Shown: positions 1 through 7,895 of the stretch, piece after piece
How the letters are laid out: the number at the start of each line of letters is the position of its first letter
Numbering within the stretch: position 1 is the stretch's first letter
Virus record (IMG/VR): IMGVR_UViG_3300020215_000038
Coordinates: 1-41,272 of that record
DNA: 41,272 nucleotides
Source of the DNA: a virus
Reading direction: 5' to 3' (one strand)
Notes under the pieces: model-generated
The model's input: the letters and a program-made list of their open reading frames with translations, nothing else
What the model was told of the DNA's origin: nothing
Databases searched by the model: none
Program-made: the position numbers and the translations under genes

Positions 1-127
1 AAATCGTAATCGTTAGGGCCGATGGAAATAAAACTGAAACCCTATCAGGACGGCTTCATCTTCACCGAAGCTCCGTTCCCGGCAATGGTATCAGCCTGGG
101 GAACGGGGAAGAGCCTGTGTCTGATTC
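1..127. repeat. Terminal direct repeat copy 1 (identical to 41146-41272); contig closes into a circle, unique length 41145 bp
   Basis: Direct comparison: nt 1-127 (aaatcgtaatcgttagggcc...gagcctgtgtctgattc) recur exactly as the last 127 nt of the window. Confidence 0.95.
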
Positions 128-140
128 TCAGGGTTCTTAG
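1..140 (+). CDS. terS: 3' end of the small-terminase ORF that starts at 40746 and continues across the circular junction (stop TAG 138-140)
   Basis: Frame of ATG 40746 stays open to window end; continuing through the repeat, the first in-frame stop is TAG at 138-140. Confidence 0.6.
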   Translation, partial: IVIVRADGNKTETLSGRLHLHRSSVPGNGISLGNGEEPVSDSQGS

Positions 141-1383
141 ACTCTGCGAACTATATCCGAAAAACCTTGCTTTGATCTGCCGCAAGGAATTTACGGACTT
201 AAAAGACTCGACGATCAAGGACTTCGAGCTTTACACGGGCCTGAAGGTCGGATCGAACAAAGACGTGGTCCTACCGAACGGCTCGACGATCATGTTCCGG
301 CACGGCGAGGAGCTAAACACGCTCCAGAATATCAACCTCGGGGTCTGCGGAATTGAACAGGCTGAAGAGTTCGACGACGACTCGCAATGGTTCATGCTCT
401 TCGGACGCATGCGCCGCAAAAACTGCGGCAACCCCTCGCTTTTCCTCATCGCCAACGCCAACGGGGACAACTGGATTAACCGCCTTTGGCCGCAAGCCGG
501 TGACCCCTCTCACAAGCCCTCGCCGGGTTATGAGCTCTACGAAGCGACGACTTACGACAACGCCGACGTCCTCCCGGAGGCGTTCTTGAATAGCCTCGAG
601 ACGCTCCGCGTTCAAAAGCCCTCGGTTTATGAGCAGTATGTCTTAAATAGCCGAAAGGTCACCTCGGGGAAGATTTTCCCGATGTGGGACGAGCGCTTCC
701 ACGTCATCCCCGATCAAGAATTCCCCGAGTGGTGGGAGACCTTCGGCGCGATGGACACGGCCGTCGCGTCAGGCGTCTTCTGCGCCAAGCTCTACAAGGT
801 GACCCCCGACGGCGACGTCATCGCCTTCCGCGAATACTACGCCAAGGAGCGCCTGATCTCCGAGCATTGCCGCTCGATCCTCGAGATGGCCGAGGGCCAC
901 CAAGTTTCTGTGTGGTACGCCGACCCGTCCGCGTTCAATAAGACCCGCGAAAAGATGGGCCGCCTCTACTCGGTCGCAGACGAGCTTTTAGACGCCGGCA
1001 TCACGGTGGTCCCGGGCGAAAACGACGTCAACGCCGGCATCAACCGCATGGGCGAATACCTGAAGGTCGATCTAAACCGCTTCCACCAATTCCACAACAT
1101 CCCCGGCATGCCGCGCTTTATGGTCACCGAGTCTTGCGTGAATACCCGCCGGGAGATCCCGAATTACCGCGAAGTCCCGAATAAGATTTCAGACCGCGGG
1201 GACCGCAAGTGGATGCCGTACAAAAAAGATGACCACTCGGTCGACACAGACCGCTACGCCCTTATGAGCCGCCAGTCGGCCTCGATTGAGCCCGCAAAGG
1301 CCGCCCCGCGCCACACGCCGGGATGGTATCTCGAGCAGAAAGAGCAGAAGTTCGTCCATTCTTCGAGGGGTTTTCGCTCATGA
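22..1383 (+). CDS. terL: Terminase large subunit
   Basis: 453 aa; Walker A-like SAWGTGKS near N-terminus, Walker B-like LGVCGIEQAEE, C-terminal nuclease-type acidic motifs (FGAMDTAV, DDHSVDTDRYAL); follows terS and precedes the portal. Confidence 0.9.
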   Translation: MEIKLKPYQDGFIFTEAPFPAMVSAWGTGKSLCLILRVLRLCELYPKNLALICRKEFTDLKDSTIKDFELYTGLKVGSNKDVVLPNGSTIMFRHGEELNTLQNINLGVCGIEQAEEFDDDSQWFMLFGRMRRKNCGNPSLFLIANANGDNWINRLWPQAGDPSHKPSPGYELYEATTYDNADVLPEAFLNSLETLRVQKPSVYEQYVLNSRKVTSGKIFPMWDERFHVIPDQEFPEWWETFGAMDTAVASGVFCAKLYKVTPDGDVIAFREYYAKERLISEHCRSILEMAEGHQVSVWYADPSAFNKTREKMGRLYSVADELLDAGITVVPGENDVNAGINRMGEYLKVDLNRFHQFHNIPGMPRFMVTESCVNTRREIPNYREVPNKISDRGDRKWMPYKKDDHSVDTDRYALMSRQSASIEPAKAAPRHTPGWYLEQKEQKFVHSSRGFRS

Positions 1384-1484
1384 AAGCGGCCCTCTTTATT
1401 TCGCTTTGCCTGGTTCTCGCCGGCTGTGCCGCGTGTGAGAAATACCGCGAGTATATCCGTCTGACCGAGGGCATAAACGCATGA
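1380..1484 (+). CDS. 34-aa putative lipoprotein microgene (MKAALFISLCLVLAGCAACEKYREYIRLTEGINA)
   Basis: Not in ORF track (below size cut-off); ATGA overlap with terL stop and ATGA overlap with portal start; lipobox L-A-G-C. Confidence 0.5.
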   Translation: MKAALFISLCLVLAGCAACEKYREYIRLTEGINA

Positions 1485-3400
1485 AGCCCGTCGAGACCCA
1501 AAACCTCACGATCAGCCCCCAGGAAGTCGCCTACTGGATGGGCGAAATCCAAGCCTCCGAGGACTTCCAGCGGAAAGAATTCCTAGACCGCATGGGCTAC
1601 GAGAACCTCATCAAGCTCTACGAAGGCGACCAGAACCCGGTCGAAAACTCGCCTTACTCCATCACGCAGATGGACGAAATCTACCCGGGCGTGTCGTCGA
1701 TTATCTCGAATACTTACTATCAAGACCCGTCCATGAACGTGATAGCCAAGCACCCGGACGCCGAGAAGCCGATCGAGCTTCCGCTGGCCTTCCAGCTCTC
1801 GCGCCAAAGCACCGGCGCACCCCTCCCGAATACCGGCGCCACGTATTCCGACCTCATGCGCGACGCCATGAAATACGCGGTGAAAAAGCACGGCCTCAAG
1901 CCCGAGGCCCAGATGGCGCTTTTTGACTTAATCGCCGCGGGCTTCTGCGTCATCGAGTGTAACCACATGACTATCCGCGAGGCGGGCGAGCAGCAGGCCG
2001 AAGCCGAGCAGCCAAGCCTCCCGGGAATGCTCGATAAAGCCATCGAGTCCATCGAGCGGTTCGTAACGGGTAAGACCGACGAGGCCGCCCAGACCGCCGA
2101 CCAGGTCGCCGAGAAGGTGGCCAAAGAAACCGACTCCCAGGGCCGCGACTACATCCTCGACTCGACCTACATCGAGCGCTGGAACCCGGTGGACATCCTT
2201 TTTGACTATCGCGCCAAGGTCTTTAAGAAGTCGCGCTTCATCGCCAAGCGCGTCGAGATGACGATCGCCGAATTCAACACGACCTTCCCGACGTTTAAGG
2301 GCAAGATCCCGGCCAACGAAAAGCGCTCGCTTCTCTATTCCAAACACAGCGACAAATCGCACTCGGAATGCGCGGTGGTCTACGAGGTCCAGATCAAGAA
2401 AAAGTCTGGCGTCTGCGTCCTAAAGCTCGCTCGTGGCATTAAAGAAGCGCTCGAATACTACCCGCTGCCCTTCACAACCAACGGCTTCACGCTGAAATAC
2501 GGCTCACTCGACAAATACGGCAAGCTTTACCCGGTCTCGCGCCTTTACCGCGCCTCGAAGCCGCAGAAGGAGCTTAACCATCACCTGACGATCCAGACCG
2601 AACACGCCGACCGCTCGATGAAGAAGGTCGCGGTGTTCATGAATGGGCTTAACAATGCAGGCAAAGCCCAGATCAAAGACCCAGATATTTACGGCATCGT
2701 CGAAAAGCAGGTGGCGACTCCGGTGTTCGAGCCCTTCCCGTCAGGCGGCGTAGCGCCCGAGAATGAAAGCCTGCAAATGAAAATGGTCGAGTCGGTGAAT
2801 AAACAGCTTGGCACGAATGAACTGGCCAAGTCCGGCCAGTCTGACTCCGAGTTTGCGACCCAGGACCAGCTCAAGGCCGAATCCTTCGCCGAGAATACCA
2901 ATTCCGTCAAAGACGCCTTGGCCGATGTTCTGCGCGAGGTCCTCGGGACGCTCAAAGACATCATCATGCAGATGTGGGACGGCGAGGACATCTTCAAGGT
3001 CACAGGTAAGCACGGCGGCGAGTTTTGGTATACGCCCGAAATGGGCAAACTCTCGGACATCTTGATCGGCGACTACGACATCGACGTGGATATCGTATCA
3101 GCTGAGCGCCCGAACCCGATGCGCGACCGAAACGAAGCGCTCGAGATATGGCGCCTTTTAAGCCTCCCCGAAACGCAGATGTTTTTGCAGTCGAAGGGTA
3201 AGCAAGTATCGCTTGCCGCCTTCGACAACGTCTTAAAGCGCTACAACACGAGCCTTGATTCGGTGACAGAAGACGCCGCACCGATGGGCCCGATGCCGAT
3301 GGACCCCCAGGCCGCGCCTCCGGTCGATGGCCTGCCGCCCGACCCGGCCGCCCCGCCCATGCCGCCCCAAGAGGAGGAGCTTTCCGGTGCCGCTCTATGA
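1481..3400 (+). CDS. Portal protein (Pro-rich C-terminal tail)
   Basis: 639 aa ORF immediately after terL; size and position typical of portal; no specific motif verified. Confidence 0.75.
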   Translation: MKPVETQNLTISPQEVAYWMGEIQASEDFQRKEFLDRMGYENLIKLYEGDQNPVENSPYSITQMDEIYPGVSSIISNTYYQDPSMNVIAKHPDAEKPIELPLAFQLSRQSTGAPLPNTGATYSDLMRDAMKYAVKKHGLKPEAQMALFDLIAAGFCVIECNHMTIREAGEQQAEAEQPSLPGMLDKAIESIERFVTGKTDEAAQTADQVAEKVAKETDSQGRDYILDSTYIERWNPVDILFDYRAKVFKKSRFIAKRVEMTIAEFNTTFPTFKGKIPANEKRSLLYSKHSDKSHSECAVVYEVQIKKKSGVCVLKLARGIKEALEYYPLPFTTNGFTLKYGSLDKYGKLYPVSRLYRASKPQKELNHHLTIQTEHADRSMKKVAVFMNGLNNAGKAQIKDPDIYGIVEKQVATPVFEPFPSGGVAPENESLQMKMVESVNKQLGTNELAKSGQSDSEFATQDQLKAESFAENTNSVKDALADVLREVLGTLKDIIMQMWDGEDIFKVTGKHGGEFWYTPEMGKLSDILIGDYDIDVDIVSAERPNPMRDRNEALEIWRLLSLPETQMFLQSKGKQVSLAAFDNVLKRYNTSLDSVTEDAAPMGPMPMDPQAAPPVDGLPPDPAAPPMPPQEEELSGAAL

Positions 3401-3746
3401 GTACGCCTGCGACGACTGCAAAGACCCGGCGGGCGAACCCCGAAGGGTTGAAATATTTAAGCCCTTTAGCGACGCATCGCGACGAGAATCCTGCGCTCTA
3501 TGTGGCAGGCCACTTCGGCGGATTTACTCCTTACAGGCGCCACCGAACTTCAATGCGTACTACGAGCCTTTGTACAAGACCACGATTACCTCAGCCTCCC
3601 AGGAGCGAAAGCTGATGCGTCGCCACGGCCACGTCGACGGCGAGCCGTTCCGGAAGAAGTATTCGGCCCATATCAAAAACGCCGCGCGGAAGGCCAGAAA
3701 CCCGCATTCGGTCGTATTCGGAAACCCAAGGAGGAAGGTCGCGTGA
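3387..3746 (+). CDS. FmdB-family-like zinc-ribbon protein (start refined to GTG 3387)
   Basis: N-terminus (V/M)PLYEYACDDC...CALCG matches the MPxYEYxCxxC...CxxCG pattern; strong SD gaggaggag at 3371-3379; the longer track ORF (3327) would overlap the portal. Confidence 0.6.
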   Translation: MPLYEYACDDCKDPAGEPRRVEIFKPFSDASRRESCALCGRPLRRIYSLQAPPNFNAYYEPLYKTTITSASQERKLMRRHGHVDGEPFRKKYSAHIKNAARKARNPHSVVFGNPRRKVA

Positions 3747-3976
3747 ACGAACAGCTCGAGCCGGTCGAACCCGAGTTTAAGACGGTTATGGAAATTAAGA
3801 TTTCAAAGGACGGGCGCTGCCAGGTCACCGGCCCCGTTCACGACAAGGTCGCCTCATACGGGATCCTTGAGATCGCCCGCGATGCGATCAGCGATTTTCA
3901 CAAGCAGCAGAAGGGTCCGCAGATTCACAAGCCAGAACACCGGATCATGGATTTCTTGAGGTCAGGGAAAAAATGA
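3743..3976 (+). CDS. Hypothetical head-module protein, 77 aa (start GTG 3743)
   Basis: GTGA overlap with upstream stop; SD aaggaggaagg at 3728-3738. Confidence 0.5.
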   Translation: MNEQLEPVEPEFKTVMEIKISKDGRCQVTGPVHDKVASYGILEIARDAISDFHKQQKGPQIHKPEHRIMDFLRSGKK

Positions 3977-4095
3977 AAAAGGAATCACTCATCGCCTCGA
4001 AGCTAAAGAAGCGCCCGAAGGGTTACGAGCAGCTTAAAAAGTCGCTCGCCAAGCCCCCGCAGACTCCGTCTGCCGTGGCGACGTCTCGAGGCTAG
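3973..4095 (+). CDS. 40-aa basic microprotein (MKKESLIASKLKKRPKGYEQLKK...)
   Basis: ATGA overlap with upstream stop; below track size cut-off. Confidence 0.4.
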   Translation: MKKESLIASKLKKRPKGYEQLKKSLAKPPQTPSAVATSRG

Positions 4096-4364
4096 ACAAT
4101 TTGATTTAATCCCCCGACACGATCCGGCCGGGTCGTCCGAGGGATCCCGATAGCGGTAAAAGCCCATGCATGGGCGGGTGAGACGCGAAGACCTCGCGCC
4201 TTATTCGCCCATTTTTTATTGCTATCGGGGCCAAGTTTTCGCGTCCGGACCTTCGATCACCGTAGTCGGATACCGGGCCGACCCGGGCGCGATCCAAGAG
4301 TGCGGAAAGACTCCGCATACGTTTGCGGTAGATCGTAAACCGCCAAAACGAAAGCAGGTCAGCG
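4096..4364 (+). promoter_or_regulatory. 269-nt structured non-coding gap in the head module (candidate ncRNA / terminator plus restart leader)
   Basis: Only large gap in an otherwise overlapping late operon. Long-range helix 4146-4154/4221-4229; hairpins 4162-4175, 4184-4198, 4273-4286, 4301-4317, 4325-4343; T-run 4212-4217. Confidence 0.35.
4172..4220 (+). terminator. Possible intrinsic terminator (gggcg...cgccc stem enclosing cgcga/tcgcg hairpin, then attttttatt)
   Basis: GC stem 4172-4176/4206-4210 followed by a T-rich run. Confidence 0.3.
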
Positions 4365-5306
4365 ATGGAAAACGAGCCTAAAGAGACGTTCGATAAGGCG
4401 GTCGACTCGGTGGTCGACGGTCATTTCGACCGTGGGGCGGCGGCCCCGGAGGCGAGCTCCCCTCAAACAAGCGCACCCGAGCCCAAGGATGAAGGAGGGA
4501 GCGACCCTCTAAAAACGCCCAGCAATCCGGCGGCCGGCGGGGAAAAGGTCACACCTGGAAAGGAATTCGGCCCCGTTCCTTACGACAAGTTCCAGGAGGC
4601 CATTCGTAAGAGGCAAGAAGCGGAGAGGCAGCTCCAGAATTTCTCCTCGCTTCTTGACGACCCTGAAGTGTTCAAGCGGTATCTCGAGCGGCAAGGGTAC
4701 TCGAAAGACGAGATCCGCGAGGAAATGCGCTCGCGCGGCATGGCGGTCCATGAACCGGGCCAGGCCAAGTCGATTTATGACCGCGTGATGGAGCGCGTGT
4801 ACGGAGATCGGGCGCACGCTTTGAAGCCAGAAGAAGCGGCCGAAATCCGGAACATCGTGGCCTTGATCGAGGCCGCCTCGCGTGAGATCGCCGACGAGAC
4901 CACGCGCCCGCTCAAGGGCTTTGTGGAATCAAAGCAGCGTGAAGAGGCCGTCGACGCCGAGCTTTCTGAGGCCGAAGAGGCAGCCAAGGAAGACGGCATC
5001 GACTTTGAGAAAGAGGCAATCCCCGGGATGCAGCTTCTTCTCAAGGAAATGCAGGATCGGGACCCCCGGTATCGCCGGAACCCGCCCTCTGCCATGTTCC
5101 TCTACAACGCGGCCGCCAGGCGAATTCTGAAAGAAAAGACGGTTTTAAGGGGTCGTCAGGAAGCGCGGGACGAGAAGAAGGGCAACGCCCGACCGCTCTC
5201 GCCTCAAGTCACCGGGAAACCCGCCGAGCCGAAAAAGCACGTCAAAACCGCCGATATCGACGCGGAAATTGACGCGCAGCTCGACGCGATGGGCTACCGG
5301 GGATAA
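4365..5306 (+). CDS. Scaffolding-like protein (acidic, helical/coiled-coil)
   Basis: 313 aa, E/K/A/R-rich, directly upstream of the major capsid gene. Confidence 0.6.
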   Translation: MENEPKETFDKAVDSVVDGHFDRGAAAPEASSPQTSAPEPKDEGGSDPLKTPSNPAAGGEKVTPGKEFGPVPYDKFQEAIRKRQEAERQLQNFSSLLDDPEVFKRYLERQGYSKDEIREEMRSRGMAVHEPGQAKSIYDRVMERVYGDRAHALKPEEAAEIRNIVALIEAASREIADETTRPLKGFVESKQREEAVDAELSEAEEAAKEDGIDFEKEAIPGMQLLLKEMQDRDPRYRRNPPSAMFLYNAAARRILKEKTVLRGRQEARDEKKGNARPLSPQVTGKPAEPKKHVKTADIDAEIDAQLDAMGYRG

Positions 5307-5326
5307 AAGCAAGGACTCGAAAATAG

Positions 5327-6313
5327 ATGGCAACCATTACGGTTCCCTCGCAAGAAAACGCGAGCATTTTTGAGACCCTCGCCACCCATATCTTCGAGAA
5401 CCACGGCGAAGAGATTGGCAACGCGGCGATCGCCAAGAACTACACGATGATGATGCTGGACCGCAAAGGGTCCAAGAAAATCGTCGACGGCGGTCTGGAT
5501 TTCGCGGAGCCGGTCCTTATCCGTGAGAACTCGAACTTCGGCTTCGGGAATGCCTATAGCCAGATCGACGCTGACTATCAGGACATGACCCGTGAGTTCA
5601 AGTTCGACCCGAAGGTGTATCGGGGGACGTTGGTCATCAATGCTCTGCACGAAGCACAGAACGACGGCCGGTCGGCTATCAAGAAGCTTCTGAAGACGAT
5701 CCGGCTCCAGGCGGACACGACGATCGAAAACGACATCAACGCGGCTCTGTGGACGGCGTCGCCGGCCGCGAACGCGCCCGAGTCGATTCGCTCGATCGTT
5801 TCCGACACCCCCACGACGGGAACCCTGGGCGGCATCACGCGCCTGGGGAACTCCTACGCGCAGAATGGAGCGTATACGACCGCGATCACGGATATCGGTT
5901 CCGAGGCCGGCCTGTCGACGCTCCACGCTGAACGCGCCACGATGGGCGGCGATGCGAAGACGGCTCCGGATATCGCGGTGACCACCCCTATTCTTTGGGG
6001 CGGTCTCTTCGGTTACATGGACAACCTTCGGCGCATCAAGGCCGATGAAGAGGTCGTGAAGCTCGGTTTCGACAATTTCTACGTCGGAACCGCTCTTCTG
6101 GGTCATGACGCTGCATGCCCTGCGAGTCATTTTTACTATCTGAACTCGCGGCATCTGTTCTTCAAGATCCTGAAGAAGGGCAATTTCGTGTTCGAGCCGT
6201 TCTCCCGCAAGGATAACAGCCTGAACTCGACGTCCATCTTCTATCTCTTCTACAACCTCACCACGAACCTGCCGGCGGCCCACAAGGTCCTGACGGCGGT
6301 TTCGACGACCTAA
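5327..6313 (+). CDS. Major capsid protein
   Basis: 328 aa ORF after the scaffold-like gene; position and size; the antisense 329-aa ORF is a GC shadow. Confidence 0.75.
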   Translation: MATITVPSQENASIFETLATHIFENHGEEIGNAAIAKNYTMMMLDRKGSKKIVDGGLDFAEPVLIRENSNFGFGNAYSQIDADYQDMTREFKFDPKVYRGTLVINALHEAQNDGRSAIKKLLKTIRLQADTTIENDINAALWTASPAANAPESIRSIVSDTPTTGTLGGITRLGNSYAQNGAYTTAITDIGSEAGLSTLHAERATMGGDAKTAPDIAVTTPILWGGLFGYMDNLRRIKADEEVVKLGFDNFYVGTALLGHDAACPASHFYYLNSRHLFFKILKKGNFVFEPFSRKDNSLNSTSIFYLFYNLTTNLPAAHKVLTAVSTT

Positions 6314-6327
6314 AGGGAGAAGCGACC

Positions 6328-6873
6328 ATGAGAAAAGCTCTTTTTGGCTTCCTCGCGCTCCTTCTTTCCGCGGGCGTGGCGATGGCCTACGACCAGCCGG
6401 TCGATCCCGGGCTCGTTGAGCATGGGGGTTCGTCGGCTGCCGAGGGCGTGAAAGTCTACCGTCTGGTCCGGAACCCGGTGGTTCTGGCCAACACGGGCTC
6501 TTTCAGCTCCGGCGAAGTCGTGGTTTGGGACACGGTGTCCGATGACAACGTGACGGTCAACTATCCGAGCCGGGTCGGCATCACGGGTTCGAGTGATGCT
6601 GTGGCGGGTGTGGTTGTTGGGACGATCCCGACGGCCGACTCGACCGGCACGGCGGTGACCGATCTTGGCAAGCGGAACTGGGGCTATATCCAGATTTACG
6701 GTAAGGCCCTGGCTTCGGTTGACGGGACCGGCATCACCGTCGGTCGCGGTCTTCGCGCCTCGCAGTTTGACGGCGCGTTCGTCGCGGCTGAGACGACCGA
6801 TTCCGGTGGCGTCGCGTTCGCGTACGACACCACGACCACGGGGCAGATCGAAGTCTTCGTGAGGAATCGTTAA
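6328..6873 (+). CDS. Beta-rich Gly/Val/Thr protein with N-terminal Sec-type signal peptide; pattern resembles DUF2190-type capsid decoration/cement proteins
   Basis: MRKALFGFLALLLSAGVAMA/YD signal; SD gggaga 7 nt upstream; sits right after the capsid gene. Confidence 0.7.
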   Translation: MRKALFGFLALLLSAGVAMAYDQPVDPGLVEHGGSSAAEGVKVYRLVRNPVVLANTGSFSSGEVVVWDTVSDDNVTVNYPSRVGITGSSDAVAGVVVGTIPTADSTGTAVTDLGKRNWGYIQIYGKALASVDGTGITVGRGLRASQFDGAFVAAETTDSGGVAFAYDTTTTGQIEVFVRNR

Positions 6874-6876
6874 GCA

Positions 6877-7155
6877 ATGAAAACAGGCGTGTGGGGGTTC
6901 GTTCTAGCCGTTCTGGCGGCAGTCGGCTCCCACACGCCATGTTTTGCCGACGAGGTGGAAGTGCCGTTCTCGGTCTACGCCGAGCGCTTCCAGGCCGAGG
7001 CCAAGGAAAAGGGCCTTAACCTTTCGTGCGCCGACGAGGCCGACGGCTGCATCAAGACAAACGGCACATTTTTTGTGGTCATGACGTACAAGCCCCTGAC
7101 CGAAAAGGGGCGTGAGCTGATTAAAGAGCTTTCGTTTAAACACATGAGGCGGTAA
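6877..7155 (+). CDS. Small secreted protein (92 aa)
   Basis: MKTGVWGFVLAVLAAVGSHTPCFA/DE signal-like N-terminus. Confidence 0.6.
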   Translation: MKTGVWGFVLAVLAAVGSHTPCFADEVEVPFSVYAERFQAEAKEKGLNLSCADEADGCIKTNGTFFVVMTYKPLTEKGRELIKELSFKHMRR

Positions 7156-7895
7156 TGGCAAACACGACCTTTGCGAACTTAAAAAAAAGCTGCCTCCGGA
7201 AGGCCGGGAACTGGTACACGGCCTCCGATTCGACGCTGCTCGAGGTCGCGGGCGGCCTTATTAACGACTGCATTTCGACGATCCAGGCGCTTTCGCCCGA
7301 TTCGCTCTACTGGCGAGACTTAGACAACACCGTCTCGACGACCGCCTCCCAAGCCTACGTCGACCTTTCGGAAACCGACATCCTTCAGATCCTAAACGTC
7401 TACCAGCGCGAATCCGACACGAAGCTGACGCGCGTGGACCGGAGAACCTTCGTGGGTTTGAGCCCGGACACGACGGCGCATTCGGGGACGCCCGACCTCG
7501 CCTACGACGAGGAGCAAATCCTAAACGTGAGCGGCCAGAACATCTTCCGTCTCTATCTTCTGCCGACGCCGGGGAGCGCCATCACGATCCGCTACGACTA
7601 CATCAAAAACGGCCGCTTTACAGCAGACGGAACGGCCGCCGACTCCGAGTTTTGCGCCCTGCCGTCGACGTTTGACCCGCTTATAGCCGCGATGTTTAAG
7701 CCTCGCTTTTTAGAGGTTTTAAGCCCCCAGGATACCGGCGCGATCACGAAGGCCGAGAATGCCGAGAGCGAGGCGATTTCGCGTTTCTTGCCGCTTCTCA
7801 CCTCAAAGATTGACGAGTCTTGGCAGGTGGGGTCCTTCCGGTACGCCCGGAACCGAAAGCCCTTCACCGTATCCGCAACCCCGACCCCGTCATGA
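7155..7895 (+). CDS. Virion protein, possible head-tail adaptor
   Basis: 246 aa; TAATG junction with upstream gene; position between head and tail genes; no motif verified. Confidence 0.55.
   Translation: MANTTFANLKKSCLRKAGNWYTASDSTLLEVAGGLINDCISTIQALSPDSLYWRDLDNTVSTTASQAYVDLSETDILQILNVYQRESDTKLTRVDRRTFVGLSPDTTAHSGTPDLAYDEEQILNVSGQNIFRLYLLPTPGSAITIRYDYIKNGRFTADGTAADSEFCALPSTFDPLIAAMFKPRFLEVLSPQDTGAITKAENAESEAISRFLPLLTSKIDESWQVGSFRYARNRKPFTVSATPTPS

Noticed and set aside
3327-3386. Longer N-terminal extensions offered by the ORF track for several genes (3327, 3500, 7820, 11527, 12243, 12852, 24836, 25971, 26398, 29479, 30572, 35266, 36909 and others)
   Set aside because: In each case an internal ATG/GTG sits exactly at an ATGA/GTGA junction or behind a clear SD. 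The extension overlaps the upstream gene and encodes Arg/Pro-rich junk.
4146-4230. Cloverleaf-like fold (9-bp closing helix plus two hairpins) that superficially resembles a tRNA
   Set aside because: There is no T-arm or GTTCRANYC box. The candidate anticodon loop (aagacct) lacks the U33/purine-37 pattern, and the arm lengths are wrong.
5294-6283. 329-aa ORF on the minus strand, antisense to the major capsid gene
   Set aside because: It mirrors the capsid ORF almost end to end. The product is Arg/Gly/Val/Asp-rich low complexity and lacks an RBS. This is the typical shadow ORF of a GC-rich coding strand.
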